The translations under genes were made by a program, and so were the position numbers. A DNA stretch of 64,000 nt from Blastocystis sp. Blastoise (lineage: Eukaryota; Protista; Bigyra: Opalinata), in contig JBBPEB010000003.1 of the NCBI GenBank assembly GCA_039096225.1, positions 868,001 to 932,000 on the forward strand, written 5' to 3'. Positions 61,144 through 64,000 of the stretch are shown here, piece by piece; within the stretch, counting starts at the first letter, position 1, and each line of letters starts with the position of its first letter. The notes beneath the pieces were generated by a model. It ran no database searches and was not told the DNA's origin. It was given only the letters and a program-made list of their open reading frames with translations.

Positions 61144-61717
61144 ATTTCACAAAAAATATATATTTTAAAGTTCCACAATAAATAAAATATATGGAGAATC
61201 AATAATATATAATAAAACTCCTTGTTTTGTAGAAATATTCTTTTGAAAATAATAGTTTGCATTTCCTTTTTAAAAAATAAAATATATTTTATATATTTTC
61301 TATGTATAATATCATAACGTATCTGATTTATTAGCTATTTTTAGATAAAACTAATGTTGAATTAGAATAAAACTGTTTTATTAATTGAAAATAGTACTCT
61401 ACTGTTATTATTATTATTCAATTATGGTTACACAAGGAAAAATAAATAAAATAAAAGTATTAGTTTGTGAGATAATTGTCCCGTAGATAATAAATGTTCA
61501 AATTTGATGTACAAATAAGTTTTTGAATTACAGTAGATAATGAAGAATGTTTAAATTATAAGAATTAGCGAGAGTTCCTTAGTTATAAGTAAATTATAGA
61601 ATTTTTTGTTTTTTCAAAATGATTTCCCTCTTTTTACATTTTATTATTTATTTAAAGAATGGATCTAATATTAATAAAGAATTATTTATTGAATATATCA
61701 TACTTGATACAACCTAT

Positions 61718-62413
61718 ATGGAGTCAAAGGTGTTTAATAATAGTCTTACAGAGTTACTATCCAAGATTTCACAATTAGAAGAAGTATTTAATAATACTTT
61801 TTTTGTGAATAATATTCCATAGGACAACAGGTCAAAACAATATCAATATGAAACCGAAGTTGAACGACATAAAAAAACCTCAAATGAATTAGAAATTGGT
61901 ACTTTTTGTTATTGATGATATTATTAATTGCAATTGAATGATAGTAAATAAGGAGTGTCGATCTCTGATAGAGGAGAAGATGAAATTCTGTGAAAAAATA
62001 GGTTCTTTGACTGAAGCGAATACTTTAAAAGAAATAGAAATAAAGTATACATACATTATGGTTAAAAATATGATATTCTCTATATATAGAAAACTGAAGG
62101 ATACTATAGAGAAACAAAATAACGATTTGGAGCTTTATATAAAGAAATCATCAGTAAGAAGTATTCTATACTTTGATAATAATTGTTTGTATAGTCTGAA
62201 CGTGAGGAATATGAAATTAAACGGTATGTTAGATATATATATATGTTTCTATTAAATCGTAGTGAATCCTTTGTTCAGAAAATAGATGAAATCAATGAAC
62301 AATTAGTATTTTACTAAAATACTTGTTTTATTAGTATTTAGATGAATTACATAAAATACTATCAATCTACAAATTTAGGAAAAATGAACGAAAATTTAAA
62401 AGGTATTTGATTC

Positions 62414-62464
<51 letters not shown>

Positions 62465-63496
62465 TAGAGCAGATTAATCAATATAAACATCAACTTGAAG
62501 TTTATAAATCGGAAAATAAAGGTATATTCTCAATATTTTAATAATGAATATCCATCCTTTTATAGAGGGTAATACGCTTATAGACCAATATCAAGAGTTA
62601 CAGGAGCAAATGAAAACTATTATTAAAGTATGTATATCAATATATCTTATACTAATGATGATGATTCTTTTTATTATATGATTATTCTAATATATATTTT
62701 TGATATACTTATAGTCTTTCGATGGTTCTAATAATTATTTTTCTAATACTAATGATATTTCTGTTCTATAGGAAAAAGAGGATAGTCAAATGAAATATCA
62801 AGTACTTCAACAAGATTACGATAAAGTATTCTATTACACTAAAATATATATAACTATAGATATGTAATGAACAAACATCACTCAAGAATTCTTTAGAATC
62901 TGTAAAGAATACATCATTACAATCAGAGATCTCTTCTGATTCCAATAAGGATCATTCTAAAGAATTCCAACATATGAAATCAGATGAGAAGGAAGAACTG
63001 ACTCATTCTACTCTTTCAACTTCATCCTCTGTTTCAAATTCTAAAGAAGATTCGACTCAAACAACGTTGTCATCTATACATACCCTTGAAGATACTGTAT
63101 GCTATATTTATTACTTTTCATTGAATTTACTATATTCTAGGGAGAGCAAATAAAAGAAAAAGAGAATAATTTAAAAGAATATGAGTCATTAAAGGCTGAA
63201 TATACAACTTTATTAGAACAAAAAGAAGCTATGGAAAAAGAATTTATTTCTATTAATGAGTATTCTCTATATCCTATAATTTTATTTAATACACTGTCTT
63301 TTAACGAAATAAATAATATATATAGATATATAAGTCAATTAGAAGAACATTATCAACAGGCAACTAATTATATTGATACATTAGAAAAAATAATTGACAC
63401 CGTATTTATATATTAATCCATTCATAACAAATAATTAAAATTCGTTATACATAGTGTCAACAATGTTCAAAGGCCAAAGAATCGTTATTTTCTTAA
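61718..63496 (+). CDS. Hypothetical coiled-coil protein with many small exons
   Basis: E/K/Q-rich heptad-like exons separated by GT-AG introns; last exon CQQCSKAKESLFS*. Confidence 0.6.
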
Positions 63497-64000
63497 TTGT
63501 ATCAAAATAAAATTCTTTTTTAATATCATTAACTACTATTACTCTTACTATTCTAAGTTATACTAACGATAAAAATATTTAAAATTGCATATTCTGTTTA
63601 CATAGAAACAATCTGTTTGTTGTATTGTTGAATTTTACTATTTATTTTTAATATCTGAATATTAATGATAAAGAATAATGATTCATTTATGAAAAACAAC
63701 TTTAATTAAAACATCTGTTAACTATATCGAAAATAAAGCAAAAAAACAAATTGTTTTGATGTTTCCCGAAAACTTTACATATTTATGGAGATTCTGTCAT
63801 TTTCCTCAGGATTATTTATAAACCAGTATAACGTACTAATGAAACTGTTTGTAGTTTTCCTATTTGAATAATTGTTTATTCTTGAATCCTTTTCTAATAC
63901 TTATTGCTTGATCCATGGCTGAGTCTGAGAAGTTAATCAATCCTATTCTCAAACAATATAATATGAGAGAAATATTTGTAGATCTCTCTAAATTATATAG

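Noticed and set aside
63785-64000. Possible gene start at the right edge (ATG 63915)
   Set aside because: Too short and truncated to support a call.

Overview
This is very AT-rich, intron-dense eukaryotic nuclear DNA. Most short ORFs in the supplied track are artefacts of intronic (TA)n/(TAT)n microsatellites, so genes were rebuilt by hand from splice sites and protein motifs. Gene content and style suggest an anaerobic stramenopile gut protist, possibly a large-genome Blastocystis-like lineage; this is inference, not shown. About 19 host genes are present: SRAP/HMCES with an apparent long repeat tail, a degenerate NagB-like protein, an FtsJ/RlmM-like methyltransferase, RUS1-like, CELF, TRAPPC11, an NCKX-like exchanger, FolC/FPGS, ANKZF1/Vms1, RPC1, organelle-targeted thioredoxin head-to-head with a Cys-type GPx, biotin ligase, RING-PHD, TLDc, a repeat protein, a cyclin E-like protein, DCAF4-like and a coiled-coil protein. 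Mobile elements are an intact Tc1 (DD34E) element, a CGGBP-type hAT element with one in-frame stop, and its 202-bp MITE. The main findings are: (1) two U12-type AT-AC introns (ATATCCTT...CCTTAAT...AC) that restore the reading frames of the FtsJ-like and TRAPPC11 genes; (2) a perfect 4-unit heat-shock element in the Tc1 promoter; (3) self-complementary (AU)n tracts abutting both splice sites of many introns; (4) the in-frame SRAP-PIP-repeat-tail architecture; (5) a MITE whose origin can be read from its parent element.
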